Shown here piece by piece: positions 15,882-26,948 of a stretch of 64,000 bases of DNA (the first letter of the stretch is position 1; each line of letters opens with the position of its first letter). Source of the DNA: Amoebophrya sp. A120 (Eukaryota; Protista; Dinoflagellata); assembly GCA_905178155.1 (NCBI GenBank), contig CAJINV010000001.1, positions 7,776,579-7,840,578 on the forward strand. The letters run 5' to 3'. Below the pieces are notes generated by a model that was given only the letters and a program-made list of their open reading frames with translations, made no database searches and was not told the origin of the DNA. Both the position numbers and the translations under genes were made by a program.

Positions 15882-16800
15882 TTTGAGGAAGTCTAGGAAG
15901 AAGAATAAGATGAAAGAAACAAAAATCTAAGTTTCTCTGATGGACTTGAAAGAAAAGGCAGCTCCTTCAGTCGCTACACTTTCTCATCTATATTCCAATC
16001 CACATTGATGATCAGACTCGATTTACGAAAAATTATCTAGAAGGGTACGGTTACTTAAACCTCCTGAATGAGTAGAACTCACAAGAAAATCAGTTCGTTT
16101 GTAACACAAGCAGCTTCTAAGTAGGTTCGAGGCTTTCGTTACGTGATACAGATTCGGGATTGCCAGATCAGCGTGTCAATTTTGTCTGATCAACCATTTT
16201 GATCCTTTTGTGACCCTTTTTGTGGATCTTTTGGCCTTGTGGTACTGGAACTGAAGTAGAAATCACATCCTTTGAGCCTAGGCGAATCTCAACTTTATCG
16301 CGGAAGGAAATTGATCTGTTACAACAATGCAGGTGTCGGATCACAAACAAGAATTAGTGGACACTTGTCCGTTTTGTAAGATCAAGACCATCGCGATGTC
16401 TCGGCTCGATTCTATTACGCAGCATTGCTGGTAACACATGGGCCGGCTTGCATGAACGAGCCCAGGCACAGGCACTAAAGACAAAGAACAAGATACTTAC
16501 TTGCTTTTTGGGAAAGTCACTATCCCATCGAGATCTATACAATCACGTGCACAGGCAAAGAAATGTGAAAAGGGACGGTGGTAGAAAAGATTGAACAGAA
16601 CCGGAGAAACTCGATCAGGGGCTCTTTCAAGAACCCGTAGCTCTAAGTGGCAGACCTATTCGAAAACCTTCCGACGTCCTCTTTTATGTTTTCCACTTCC
16701 ACAGCGTCTGGGTACATTAGGAAATAATCGTCCCATTCTGAATCAGTATATCCCACAACATCCCCGCACCTCTCGTATTCTGGTCCTCGCTCTGGACGCC

Positions 16801-19333
16801 CTATCTGTCGACGCTCGATTTTTTGACTTCCTGTCGCTCGGGCGATTTCGTCCTTGACCTCTCTCTGCTGTGGGAGCTGTGTCCTGTTAAGCCCGTTGAA
16901 CCAGCACCTGCGTCGCGCATAATCCGATCCGCTCCTGAAGTCTGCACGTCGATCTGTCTGCCCAAATTCAACAGTTCGACCTCCATGGGACGCAATTCTT
17001 CCAGTAACCAATCTTTGAGTCGCAATGTTTTTCCTGCATTAAATTTACCCCTTGCAATTGCTGCTTTGGCTTTGTCATGTGCATCCTTTAACGATTTGCC
17101 CGAAGATTTGAGGTCGGCTAGAAGACTCGTGTCAGTTCCGGCCTTTGATGGAGCAGCCTGTGCTGATTCGTGTTCCTGATTCCCGCCCTGAGCCTTTTGC
17201 ACCGTACTGGTAAACTTTTGAAAAACGCCCTGCAACGCAGAAACGGAATCTCGCGCAGGGTTCAACGCTTTTTCCAAGCACTCTTGCTTCCGTCGCTCTA
17301 GTCCTGCTAGCTGGTGGTGAGTTGCCGTTTGCTGGAGTGCTTTCTTCGTCTGCTCCTGTGGTGCAGTGGTCTTGCTCAGTGGCCCTGCTCCGCTTGGTGC
17401 ATGCGGTCCTGCTTTTTGTTCACCTTGGGGTTTGTCTTTCTGCGTGGTCTCGTCTTTCGTGTTCGAATGAGCGAAAGACGCGGGTATTCTGTGCTCCTGG
17501 TTTTTGCGCCGTAATAAAACTGACAACACTGGACGTGCATCTTGCGACGGCTGCTTCTCCTCAATGGACGGCGGAGGATCCGATTTGACTTTCTTTATCG
17601 CTTGCATATCGGGAAGGTCGAAAGCAACGCCCCGACTACGCTTCAAGGATTTTCCCTGAGAGGCCTGCGCCTGTTCCTCCTCGCTGCCCCTCTTTTCCTG
17701 TTTCTCGCCAAACCCGAACACTTCAGTGAAGTTGTAGCTGTGCTCGTCCACGCACAAGGTTACCTTGGTTGCGTTGATTTTCCATTTCGGGATACTTACG
17801 CGAGTCGTGTTCATTCCGTGGCCCTTACTCGGTGCATATTACTGCGGAAACACAATGTACAGACACACAAACCATAGAGGCGAGATCGAGAAAACGGAAA
17901 AATGCGTCACGGTCACAAATTAAAATTTAGTTTGTAACCGTGACGTACATATATATTAACTATACCCAGCCCCGAAAAGCGCGGACGGTAAAAATCGTGT
18001 GCTTCCGGAATGTGACAAAAATCCGCGTGATGAGGCCTGATTCGTGCGCAACTTTCTTCGCCGGTCCAATTTGCTCCACTACATCACCGCTGGATAAGAA
18101 CGCCGTCACCCTAGAGCCTGTCTCGCACGATTCTTGCACCGAAGCGCCTGAGCTTCGCAGTAATTGCCATTTTCTCTGTCCAACGGCGCCGTCTCCAATT
18201 GATTGGGCTTCGCAAGCCTTCGACGCGGTTACATTCGATGCGCTGGATTTGGTGCCCGGCACAGTGGCCGCTTGAACTGTGGCAGGTGCGACTGCAGGAG
18301 GAGGTCGCTTCGATGCAGCGTCGAGCCAGTTCTTCTGCGCTGGAGGCAATGCAGCCGCCTCCTGCACTTTTGTATTTGTTGGCCTGGCGCAGGCGCCCCC
18401 CATTGCAATGGAGCGCAAAGCCTCTACGGCAGCCAGCTGAGCTGATTCTCTGCCGGCGCGGCTGTGCAACCGCAAAGGGTCCTCGCTTGACACTGCTGCA
18501 GCGCCCGGAGTGGTCGCTTTCCCGACTTCAAGCCTTGGCCGAGTGTATCTCTCGAACAGAATAGCCCCGCAACGACATGCGTCCTCCTTTGTAAGAGCCA
18601 CAATTTGCGCCGCAAGTTCACCTACACGTGAACCGCCCGTGTCGGTTTTCGCAGCCGGGGACGCACAGAAGAGGTCGCCGGGAAATGGTTCGTGCAGGCG
18701 CAGCGCTGCGAGGTTGTGCGTTTTAAGTAAGTCAGCCTTTGCTGTGTGGACAACACCGTAGTCATCAGGATGCAGCGGGACGGACCGCTCAACGATCCCC
18801 ATGCCGAAGCGGTCCTCCAGCTCGCGCTTGTGATTTTTGGGCGCTAGTGTGATCCAGTTTCCCATGCATAGATTGGAAAACTTAAACGCAAACTCCTCTT
18901 GCACTCGTCGAGGGTTTACTAGCTCGTAAGCCTGCACACGTGTCGTTGGTTTCGCAACCATGTATGCGTAAGCGCGACGGTTAGAAAGCGCGTAAAATAC
19001 AGAGTCTGTGTCTGCAGCAGGACTGAAACGCGCTGATGGGTGCCGAGCTACTTCCAGGATGTTGCCTTGCAAAATAGATTCAGGATCTTCATTTGGACGG
19101 CGTCGGAATTCAGCAATCAAATCGGTGACCGAGCCGTAACCATGCTGAAAGTCCTTACTGATGTTGTCCTGCGTAAACCGGAGCTGACTCGTGCTCAACT
19201 CGATTTTTTTCCAATCGTCTTTGTTGTCATTCCAATTGTACTTGTGGTCGTCAGAATTGGTTCCACCTCTGACATGAGAAAATCCTCTTTTGTAAGAGAA
19301 GCCCCTTGCGTGCGCAGAGTTTCGATCCGCCAT
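16801..19333 (-). CDS. Paralog 1: ParB/Srx-like + KH-like + SH3-like + C-terminal helical domain protein
   Basis: LRFTQDNISKDF...YALSNRRAYAY. GT-AG intron 17764-17965 joins ORF 17960..19357 to ORF 16801..17814 (RGW|VTLCVD). The C-terminus aligns with paralog 3 (ADL...KD.H..AK.A...NA.KT...DW.LEEL.P). Confidence 0.75.
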
Positions 19334-19920
19334 GATGTGGCTTTTTCGTCGTGTCACACCTGGTTTCCAAGCTTCGAGCTCAAGATTAGATGGCTCACTC
19401 CGTTACAATCAAGAAACTACAAACTCTGTGTTGCACATAGGTGCTCTCAATTTCGCATCAACAGCTGATGGGTCTCGGGTAAATCTAAAAAACCTGAAGT
19501 CGGATATTAAGCTAAGCGTAGCGATAGATCGATAAAGCTTCCCTAGGAAGCGAGTGATTGCGATATTCGAAAATCTAGTAAAAAAGAACGCACTTTGACG
19601 CTCTAGCGAACATAGAACCAGCAGGAACAACTGCATGAAGCCTTTCCAGAAGTTCTGTTTTTTCAAACATAGTCGTCGGGCCCACTCGGCTCTGCTCACC
19701 AGATGCTACACGTAGGTAGCAGGCTGCATGATCTTTGATGCGAAGAGAGCTCGAACTGATCCTGTAACAAAGCTGTGTCGACGTCCACGCGGAATGATTG
19801 TTTGTATGTATAAAAACCACGCGAATCCGTTTCGCGCTTCGCCCCATGGAAACGTCCAGAAAAGAGCCAGCGAAAATTGCAAGAACATTCACAGACAGAG
19901 TTGCTTCATCTCTCATCAAA

Positions 19921-22900
19921 TCACATCTCACGCAGCTTCTTAATCCCCTCATCAAGAGCCGAGATTATCTGAGACGTTCGCACCGCTTGCGCCTGGAACT
20001 CCTGGTCGAACGTCAAAAAATCTGCTTTGAGCTGCTCGAAGCTTTCCTCTGCCGTGTCCTTCCCGCATGTCAAAAACGCCACCGCGGTGCTCATTTCGCG
20101 ATGAAGGTCGTGAAGACGGTCCGAAATGCCTTGAATATCTGCCATAAGGGTCGAGGTGCGAGATATCCGCATCTGTGCGTCGTTTCGCGAAGCCGGCCCC
20201 TCGAGTCGGCGCGCTGCGCGCTCTGCCACATCAAGCAAATCGGTGAAGCCGCCACAGTTCTCGCGGTACTCGTCTACACAGCTGCGCGCATTGTCAAACT
20301 CGGCCTTGGTGGAGATACTTTCTGCTTCGGTGGTAAGCTGCTGTTCTGCCGGGAGACTTTTCGCAGCAGCATGGTCTTCGCCCAACGGCGTGATGTCCTC
20401 TGATGGTGTCGCGTTGGAAGTAGCCGAAGGGAAGGCTCGCGGCGTTTCCAAATCTTCAATCGATGCGGCTGCAGGGCGACCGGGCCGGTATTCGCCACCT
20501 CCCACGCACTGCCCAAACTTGATTCCATCCGATTCGGGCGATGACGACCGCGCCCGACTTTTATTGATGGCTCTCGCTTTTTTCTCTTTTTTCCGATTCC
20601 GGTGCCTGCGTTTTTCCTTTTTCTTCTTTTTCGCTCGCGGTGTTCGACGTCGCTGTGGCGAACTCGATGATGATGAGACTCTTGAACGACTGTAGTGACG
20701 TCGTATTACAATGAAAAATGCACCCATCCCGATTAGCAGAAGCTTCTCATGAGAATTTTCCGATTCCAAGTGAAAGCTTTATGTCTTGCATGAAAGGACT
20801 ATATGAGTCTTTCTGGCGCAAAAGGTATCTTTTGCATGACAGACCCGCCTGCTGTTGGGCTTCTTTGCAACACATATTTGAGCTATTCAGCATGGAAATC
20901 TGTGATGTTGCTGATACATATTTATATGCAAGACGGGGAGCGTTTCTATTGGAAAGGTTTGCAATACGAATCCTGCCAAGTCCTGGGGCGGGAGCATTTT
21001 TCACTGTAATACGTCGCTGTCTACTTGCGTTGCTCCTGCGCCGCCGTTTTTCTCCTCTTCGCCCCGATCGTGACTCGACACCCCGAACACGGCGCCCGTA
21101 ATAATCTTCGTCCGAAGAGATCGGGACGCTCGCACGAACGCGCGAGAGACTTCTGCTGGAGCTCGAGGGCGCGCTGTTTCGTCGTGCAGGCTTCCTTGCT
21201 TGCGCGGAGCGTCTCCTTCGTCTGCTCGTGCTTCTACCTCGTGTCGGACTCTCCGCCCCTTTCTCTCCACCGGGTACTTCAACAAAGTACTTCGGGCCGC
21301 CGGCATTTTCGGCAGACAGTGTCACCTTGATATTTATAAAGTGCTTGGAGTGCCAAGATGATTATAGTGCATTTGTCAACAAGAGTCGAGCCTCTGCGCA
21401 AGAAGAACTATCGCGCACACAGCGCGCAAGGCCTCAAAACCGGAACTGGTTTCATGCACTGCATACGGTACCTGGAGGCACTATTGCTTCTTGCTGCGTA
21501 ACTGACAAGCACCTCTGAGCTATGTATTGACCACAAAGAAAACGGGGCATGATAAGCAAGTATGGGAACTATACCCAGCCTAGCGTGTGCGGCAGAAGAG
21601 GTTCGCCCCGCTTCCCGCTCTTTCCCTCCGACAATGGGCCTGGCTCCATTTCTTTGCTTGCCTGCCGTATGTCTCGGACCAAGTGCAGACACCTGTAAAA
21701 AATTAGAAGCATCCACTGTCGCTTGCTAGTGAGCCCCATCATTATAAAATGCTCTTGCATGAATAAACAGACTGTGTACGTTTCTGCATGCGAGTGCTAC
21801 ACTGGCTAGAACAACAGAAAGACAAACAACAGCGCCCCATAAAGAGTGTCTACCAGTCCAGAATGGTTTTGGCGCTCCTCTCTCCCACAATCCTTGCAAA
21901 CCTCCGCACAAGCGCATCGCCGATCTTGCCGCCCTCGGCGACGCGTGCATCTTCGTTTTGTTCGCGGTTCTTCAAAAATGTTTTCACCTCCACCAGTTTT
22001 CGCGTTGCTGGGACGTGTTCCTTTTCTAGCTCCTCCCATAAGATCTCCGCTTCCGCGGCGGCTAGCTCGCCAAAAACTGTCCACGTCGGCGGTTTTGCGG
22101 TGCTACTTCCACAGCCTACAGGCAGTCGGTTTGCTGGCAAGCGAATGGGCATGCGTTTGACGAAGCCGTCGCAGCCGGACTCGAACTCGCCGAACTCGAA
22201 CTCGACAGGACCCATTTGCTCGACGGTTTGCCCTTCGGCGAGCACTCCTAACTGCTTAGAGGACAGGCACTTGCTCGAACGCATCACCACCCCGGTCCGC
22301 GCTACTTTCCAATTTTTTTTTGGAAGCGCATTCCGAGGTACGTATTGCTGCGCGCTTGTCGAAGTGGTCCGCTGCGGTGGACGCATCCCGTGAAGCCCCG
22401 GCGCGATGTACGGAAACGGGAGAACTCTATCACATGAGGTCGGTGATGTTCGGCGGCTGTTGCCCACCTGGTGTGATGCTGTAGTGAGGCTGAGCCTTCG
22501 CCGCTTTGTGCCTGCTTCAGTCCCTGAACACGATGCGTCGATGTCCTCACCAAGAAAACCGTTTCTACCATGTGAGCCAGTCGCGCGGGTCGACGAAAAA
22601 AGCGAAGCCGCCACACCAGTCGTGCTGTGTTCCGGTTCGGCGGACAAAGCCGCGACGGTCGCGAGGGTCAGAGGCTGCACTCCCCCGACATGCTCCGGAC
22701 GCAGGGCGTCTACGAGCGCCGCGGCCCGAGACGGGCCGGCTTCCATTCGGCGCCGCGAATACGCCTCGTAGAGCAAACTGCCGCAAGCGCTTACCTCCTG
22801 CTCAGTGCGGCCGACTATGTGCGCCACAAGGTCTCCCACCTGTCCGCCCGGCAACTCCTGCGAGTGCTTAGCAGCGGGCCCCGGCAGCGTCGGTCTTTGC

Positions 22901-24021
22901 ACGCAAAAAGTGTCAAAATTTTTCCCCGGGAGGTGCTGCGTCAGACTGAAATCAACGAGATGATATCGCTTTACCAGGTCGCCAATTTTATCGCTCACCG
23001 CCGGGCCGTCGTACGGGTGCAACGGCACAAATCTCTCGTAGACGCTCGTATTTCCAAACCGCTGCTGCAGGTTGGTCTTGTGGCCCTTGTCCGTCAGGGT
23101 TATGAACAGCCCATCACTCATATCCCGTGTAAAAACGTCTCCACCCCATCACCAAATGCAAAAATGTGTAGGTCTGGGAGATTGCGACATTTGTCATGCA
23201 CATGCTATTCTGGCATGACTCCGAAGTTGGTATTGCGTGGCCGCGAAGAGCCCCTCTTGCTGGTCATGGAAAAACGCAGTTTCTCATGCGAAGTACGCAA
23301 CGAACTCAGAAGCGTGTCATGCTTGGAAGCGCATTACAGTTTTCTCACTACTCCCTTCCTTGCATCACAGGTTTCCAGACCCAGACATGTTTGCCATGCT
23401 GCATGCTGTATATGCAAATTTGGACGCTGAGAATGTTTCTCATGCGGAGCCTCATGTTGATAGTGGTGCCCTGAGCTTTGTTATGCTCAAATCAGAATGA
23501 TAAGCTGGATCTGTAACGCTGCTGCACTAGCTAAACACGACGATACTACGACGAGCCCAAATTACTCATGTGCAACAGCCAAAGCTTCTTCATTTGTCTT
23601 GCAGATTTCCCAACTTGACTACGGGGCGGGGACGTTTTTCCTCGCAATAACTCACGCTGGAAAAGCGGAACTGAAATTCGTGCTGCAGCTTGTGCTCGTC
23701 CACCAGCTCCTTCGCGTTGACCTCCTCCCCGGGCCGGGCCACGATGTAGGCCAGGGCGCGCCTATTTGTGAGCGCATAGTAGACGGGTTCGGATCCGGGT
23801 GCCGCAGATGGGTGCCGTGCCACTTCCAGAATGTTGCCCTTCAAAACCGTGTCCGGATCCTTCGGGCTCGCGCTCTTCAGCTTGTCGATCAGGTTTTGAA
23901 TTGGGCCGAATTTTTTGTCCGTAAAATCCCGACTGATGGTCTGCTGCGTGAAGCGAATCTGGCTGGTATTCAGTTTAATGCGCCTGTACGCGGGCGCCGC
24001 TTTCGGCTCCGGGGCGGACAT
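19921..24021 (-). CDS. Paralog 2: same architecture plus an RS-rich region; 2 introners and 2 GT-AG introns
   Basis: Exons 24021-23650, 23115-21854, 21692-21575, 21325-21012, 20698-19921 are in frame. Junctions FSSVS|DGLFIT, ILDW|CLHL, LGW|VTLSAENAGGPKYF, SRQRR|HYSRS. The GW|VT intron position is shared with paralog 1. Confidence 0.75.
20704..21011. mobile_element. Introner/MITE family D (308 bp), TSD cgtcg
   Basis: TIR tattacaatgaaaaatgcacccatccc / ggggcgggagcatttttcactgtaata. cgtcg at 20699-20703 and 21012-21016. Removal joins ORF 20747..21325 to ORF 19921..20769. Confidence 0.92.
23121..23649. mobile_element. Composite introner (family D-like, 529 bp), TSD actca
   Basis: TIR tatcccgtgtaaaaacgtctccacccc / ggggcggggacgtttttcctcgcaata. 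actca at 23116-23120 and 23650-23654. Removal gives FSSVSDGLFITLT, matching paralog 3 FSSLSDGLFLTLT. Confidence 0.92.
23150..23402. mobile_element. Degenerate family A element nested inside the 23121-23649 element
   Basis: caccaaatgcaaaaatgtgtaggtctgggag and ttccagacccagacatgttt match the family A TIRs, about 253 bp apart (family A length). Ends are approximate and no clean TSD is visible. Confidence 0.75.
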
Positions 24022-24657
24022 TCCACCCTTATTCTTGCGCCCCCCGGACTCCCAAACCCAGCCACTATACATTTTTATTTCTTACATTAGTCAGCGAAGA
24101 AAAAAGTAACAAGAAGAGACAACTGAGACAAAGAGCAGGCCGGTGAGCGTATGTCGCAGCTTGATGCTCTTGTTGCGGAACAATAAACTAAAGCTCTGCA
24201 CAGCACTAGAGCAAATACATATAAGACCAAGATCTTCTTTACTTATTATGGAGTCACCGGCACAGATGCGTATGCTTTCCAAAGACCCCGCAAGACAGGC
24301 AGAGGAAGCCTCTCGTCGCCCAAGTTTATGTCCGATTTTGGGCGAAGTAAAAGCGAGGGCGCTACTACTTACAATCAGGATCAAGGTCGAGCCGTTGTGC
24401 GCGATGAGGATCCTTAAGGACTCTTATTGTCGCGGACCTTTTCTTGCACAGCCTGAGTCTTCATTTGAGAACGTCATGCTGTTTTTGACGCAGCAAAATG
24501 CGCCGTGTGCCGTTGCTTGATCCAAGAATTCATTGCGGGAATCATAAGAGGAAGAAACGAAAGCGCTTGTCGGAATCATGGGTATGCACTAGGGATCAAA
24601 GTTCTGCACGTCGCGTCCTACAGTTAACCAAATAGGAATAGATCAGTTTCCACCTCG

Positions 24658-26535
24658 TCAGTGAGTAACGAACCTTCGAATGCGACCCAGTCGCCTTTCT
24701 TGCATTTCAAACTCTCGACTGACCTCCGCACAATGTCGCTCGATCGGTTTCAGTTCCTCGAGAATCCAGTCGCGCCATGTCGTTGTTTTCGTGGCGTTTA
24801 GCTGCAATTTCCGCACGGCTTCCTTTGCCGCGCTGTGTAAATCTTTGCCTTTATCCACGGCGGCCTGAAGGTCCGCGATCCAGCTTGCTGTTGCCGCTGC
24901 GCCCGCAGCCCTTTTGTCTTCCTCGCTGCGAAGTCTGGTTGCGATGGCTGATGATTGCTGCTGCAGTTTTGCGAGGCACATACTCGCAGTCGCGCGGCTT
25001 TTCTCCAAAACAAGCTTTCTCCGCGCTTGCATCCGCATAGCGTCGTCGTCAGGACTTCTGCTGCGCCGCGAGCTTGCGCCAGGGGTTTCCTCCATAGTCG
25101 CTTCCGGTTGCGCTTTGCCGCGGCCCTGATCCGAAACCTCCAGCCCTGTCGCGATGAAGGGATATGGCATGATCGGGCCCCGTGATGAGGATGATTCTTC
25201 ATCTTCGGAAACAAGATCCCGGCTGCTACAGCTTGCGTCATCCTGTGGCCACTCCTTCTGCGCGCTGTCATCTCTTTCGACCAATTCCACTCGCCTTCGC
25301 TTTGTACCAGCTTCGGCGACCGACGGTCTTCTGGTAGATGCGCGACGTAGATCCGCTCGCGCAGTTAGAAAGACAGCGCCAGTTGGGTTGGTTGACGGCG
25401 GCGCGTGAGATATTGTAGACGTTCGTGACCTGCTTCTGCAGCGAGACCTTCTGCGCGACCTTCGTCGATCCCCCACTCCCATTTGCGAATGTCTGTCCTC
25501 TGCCACTTCTCGTTCCGTTGTCAAAGCGCCCGGCACTGGCTGTGCGGCGTCACGAGCAAGGCCTTCGTTGCTTCTGCTGTTCCGAAAACTGTCAGTCAGC
25601 ATTTGCATATGTTCAGCTACCTCCTCGGGGGTCGCGAAAGGTGAGACTAGCGGCAGAGCTGTGTCAGCATGATCGCCGCCTTCTTCATACGTGCCCCTAC
25701 CGCCACCCCGGGTGCTTTCTACTTGTTCTATGTTTTGCTTAAGCTCCAGCTCCACTCGTGGTCGTGTGTAGGTGTCATACAATAGCCCGCCGCAAGCTGT
25801 TGCCTCCTGCTCCGTTCTCGCTACGACGTGCGCTATAACATCTCCCACGCGACACCCTGTCGATGCCTCCTTACCGGCAGCTGCTGCTGCGTGCGTAGAA
25901 TTGTACTCCCGGACGCGAAAAAGATTTGGGTTCTTTCCGGGGAGATATTCGCGCAAACTCAAGTCCGCCAAATGGTACGTTTTGACCATGTCCTGAACTT
26001 CCTCGCGGACGTCTGCCAGGTCATCAGGATGCAAGGGGATGTGGCGCTCGTAGATGGAATCGCCGAATCGCGTCTGCAGCTTCTTCTTGTGCCCCCTCGA
26101 CGTTAGTGTGAGAAAAAGCCCGTCGCTCAGGCTCGAAAACTTGTGCTTGAAATGGTACTGGATCGCGTGGCGGTCGACCAACTCGAAAGCCCGTACAGTT
26201 TTGTTTGGTCGGGCGATGAGGTAAGCGTACCCACGACGGTTGCTGATTGCGTAGTAAGTCGGCTCTCGGCCCGGCTCGCGGGGACGGGACGGATGCTGAG
26301 CCACCACCAGAATATTTTCGCCCAAGATGTGGCCGGGGTCGTGCGGACAGTCCATCAGTCGCGCGATCAGATTCTCCACGGGCCCCCAATTATCCTGGAA
26401 GTCTCTGCTGATGTTGTCCTGCGTAAACCGGAGCTGTCTTGTGTTCAACTGAATTAACGTGTACGACTGCGATCCGTCCCCGCCCTTTTTCCCAGCGCCT
26501 TTGCTGCGACGAGCTGCACGCGCTCGGTTTGACAT
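24658..26535 (-). CDS. Paralog 3: ParB/Srx-like + KH-like + RS-rich + C-terminal helical domain (no SH3-like segment)
   Basis: LRFTQDNISRDF, YYAISNRRGYAY, ERHIPLHPDD, VGDVIAHVVARTEQE, RRRSRRRSRCRSRSR. Confidence 0.8.
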   Translation of the reverse strand: MSNRARAARRSKGAGKKGGDGSQSYTLIQLNTRQLRFTQDNISRDFQDNWGPVENLIARLMDCPHDPGHILGENILVVAQHPSRPREPGREPTYYAISNRRGYAYLIARPNKTVRAFELVDRHAIQYHFKHKFSSLSDGLFLTLTSRGHKKKLQTRFGDSIYERHIPLHPDDLADVREEVQDMVKTYHLADLSLREYLPGKNPNLFRVREYNSTHAAAAAGKEASTGCRVGDVIAHVVARTEQEATACGGLLYDTYTRPRVELELKQNIEQVESTRGGGRGTYEEGGDHADTALPLVSPFATPEEVAEHMQMLTDSFRNSRSNEGLARDAAQPVPGALTTEREVAEDRHSQMGVGDRRRSRRRSRCRSRSRTSTISHAPPSTNPTGAVFLTARADLRRASTRRPSVAEAGTKRRRVELVERDDSAQKEWPQDDASCSSRDLVSEDEESSSSRGPIMPYPFIATGLEVSDQGRGKAQPEATMEETPGASSRRSRSPDDDAMRMQARRKLVLEKSRATASMCLAKLQQQSSAIATRLRSEEDKRAAGAAATASWIADLQAAVDKGKDLHSAAKEAVRKLQLNATKTTTWRDWILEELKPIERHCAEVSREFEMQERRLGRIRRFVTH

Positions 26536-26948
26536 CTTGCGTTTCTCTTTTATGTATGTGGGAATGAAGGACACGATAGGAATAAAGAACTTTTAAGTAA
26601 GTAGTAATGATGCACTCACAGCAATTCGAGAATGAGACACATGAAGTAGAGAAGAAAGGCACTCGCCGTAAGACCGAAGTTGTCTGCACTCCTCAAACAA
26701 ACTTTCACTTCACTCAAAGCCAATCGCAACACGAACTCACTCGACAGACAATATACAGTCTCTCTTTTCCCTGAGTTAGACTCTCGGAAAAAAAAAGTGC
26801 GAAATTTTCTTTCCGCCCAGATGCGCGAACACAGGACAATCTCTTTCCTGTGAACTAAATTGAAAAGGTTTTACCTCCACCATTTTGTCGTCCCGTCATG
26901 CGAAAGAGCCGTAATCAAATTTCTGCTGTTCCACATTTGCACTAGTCG

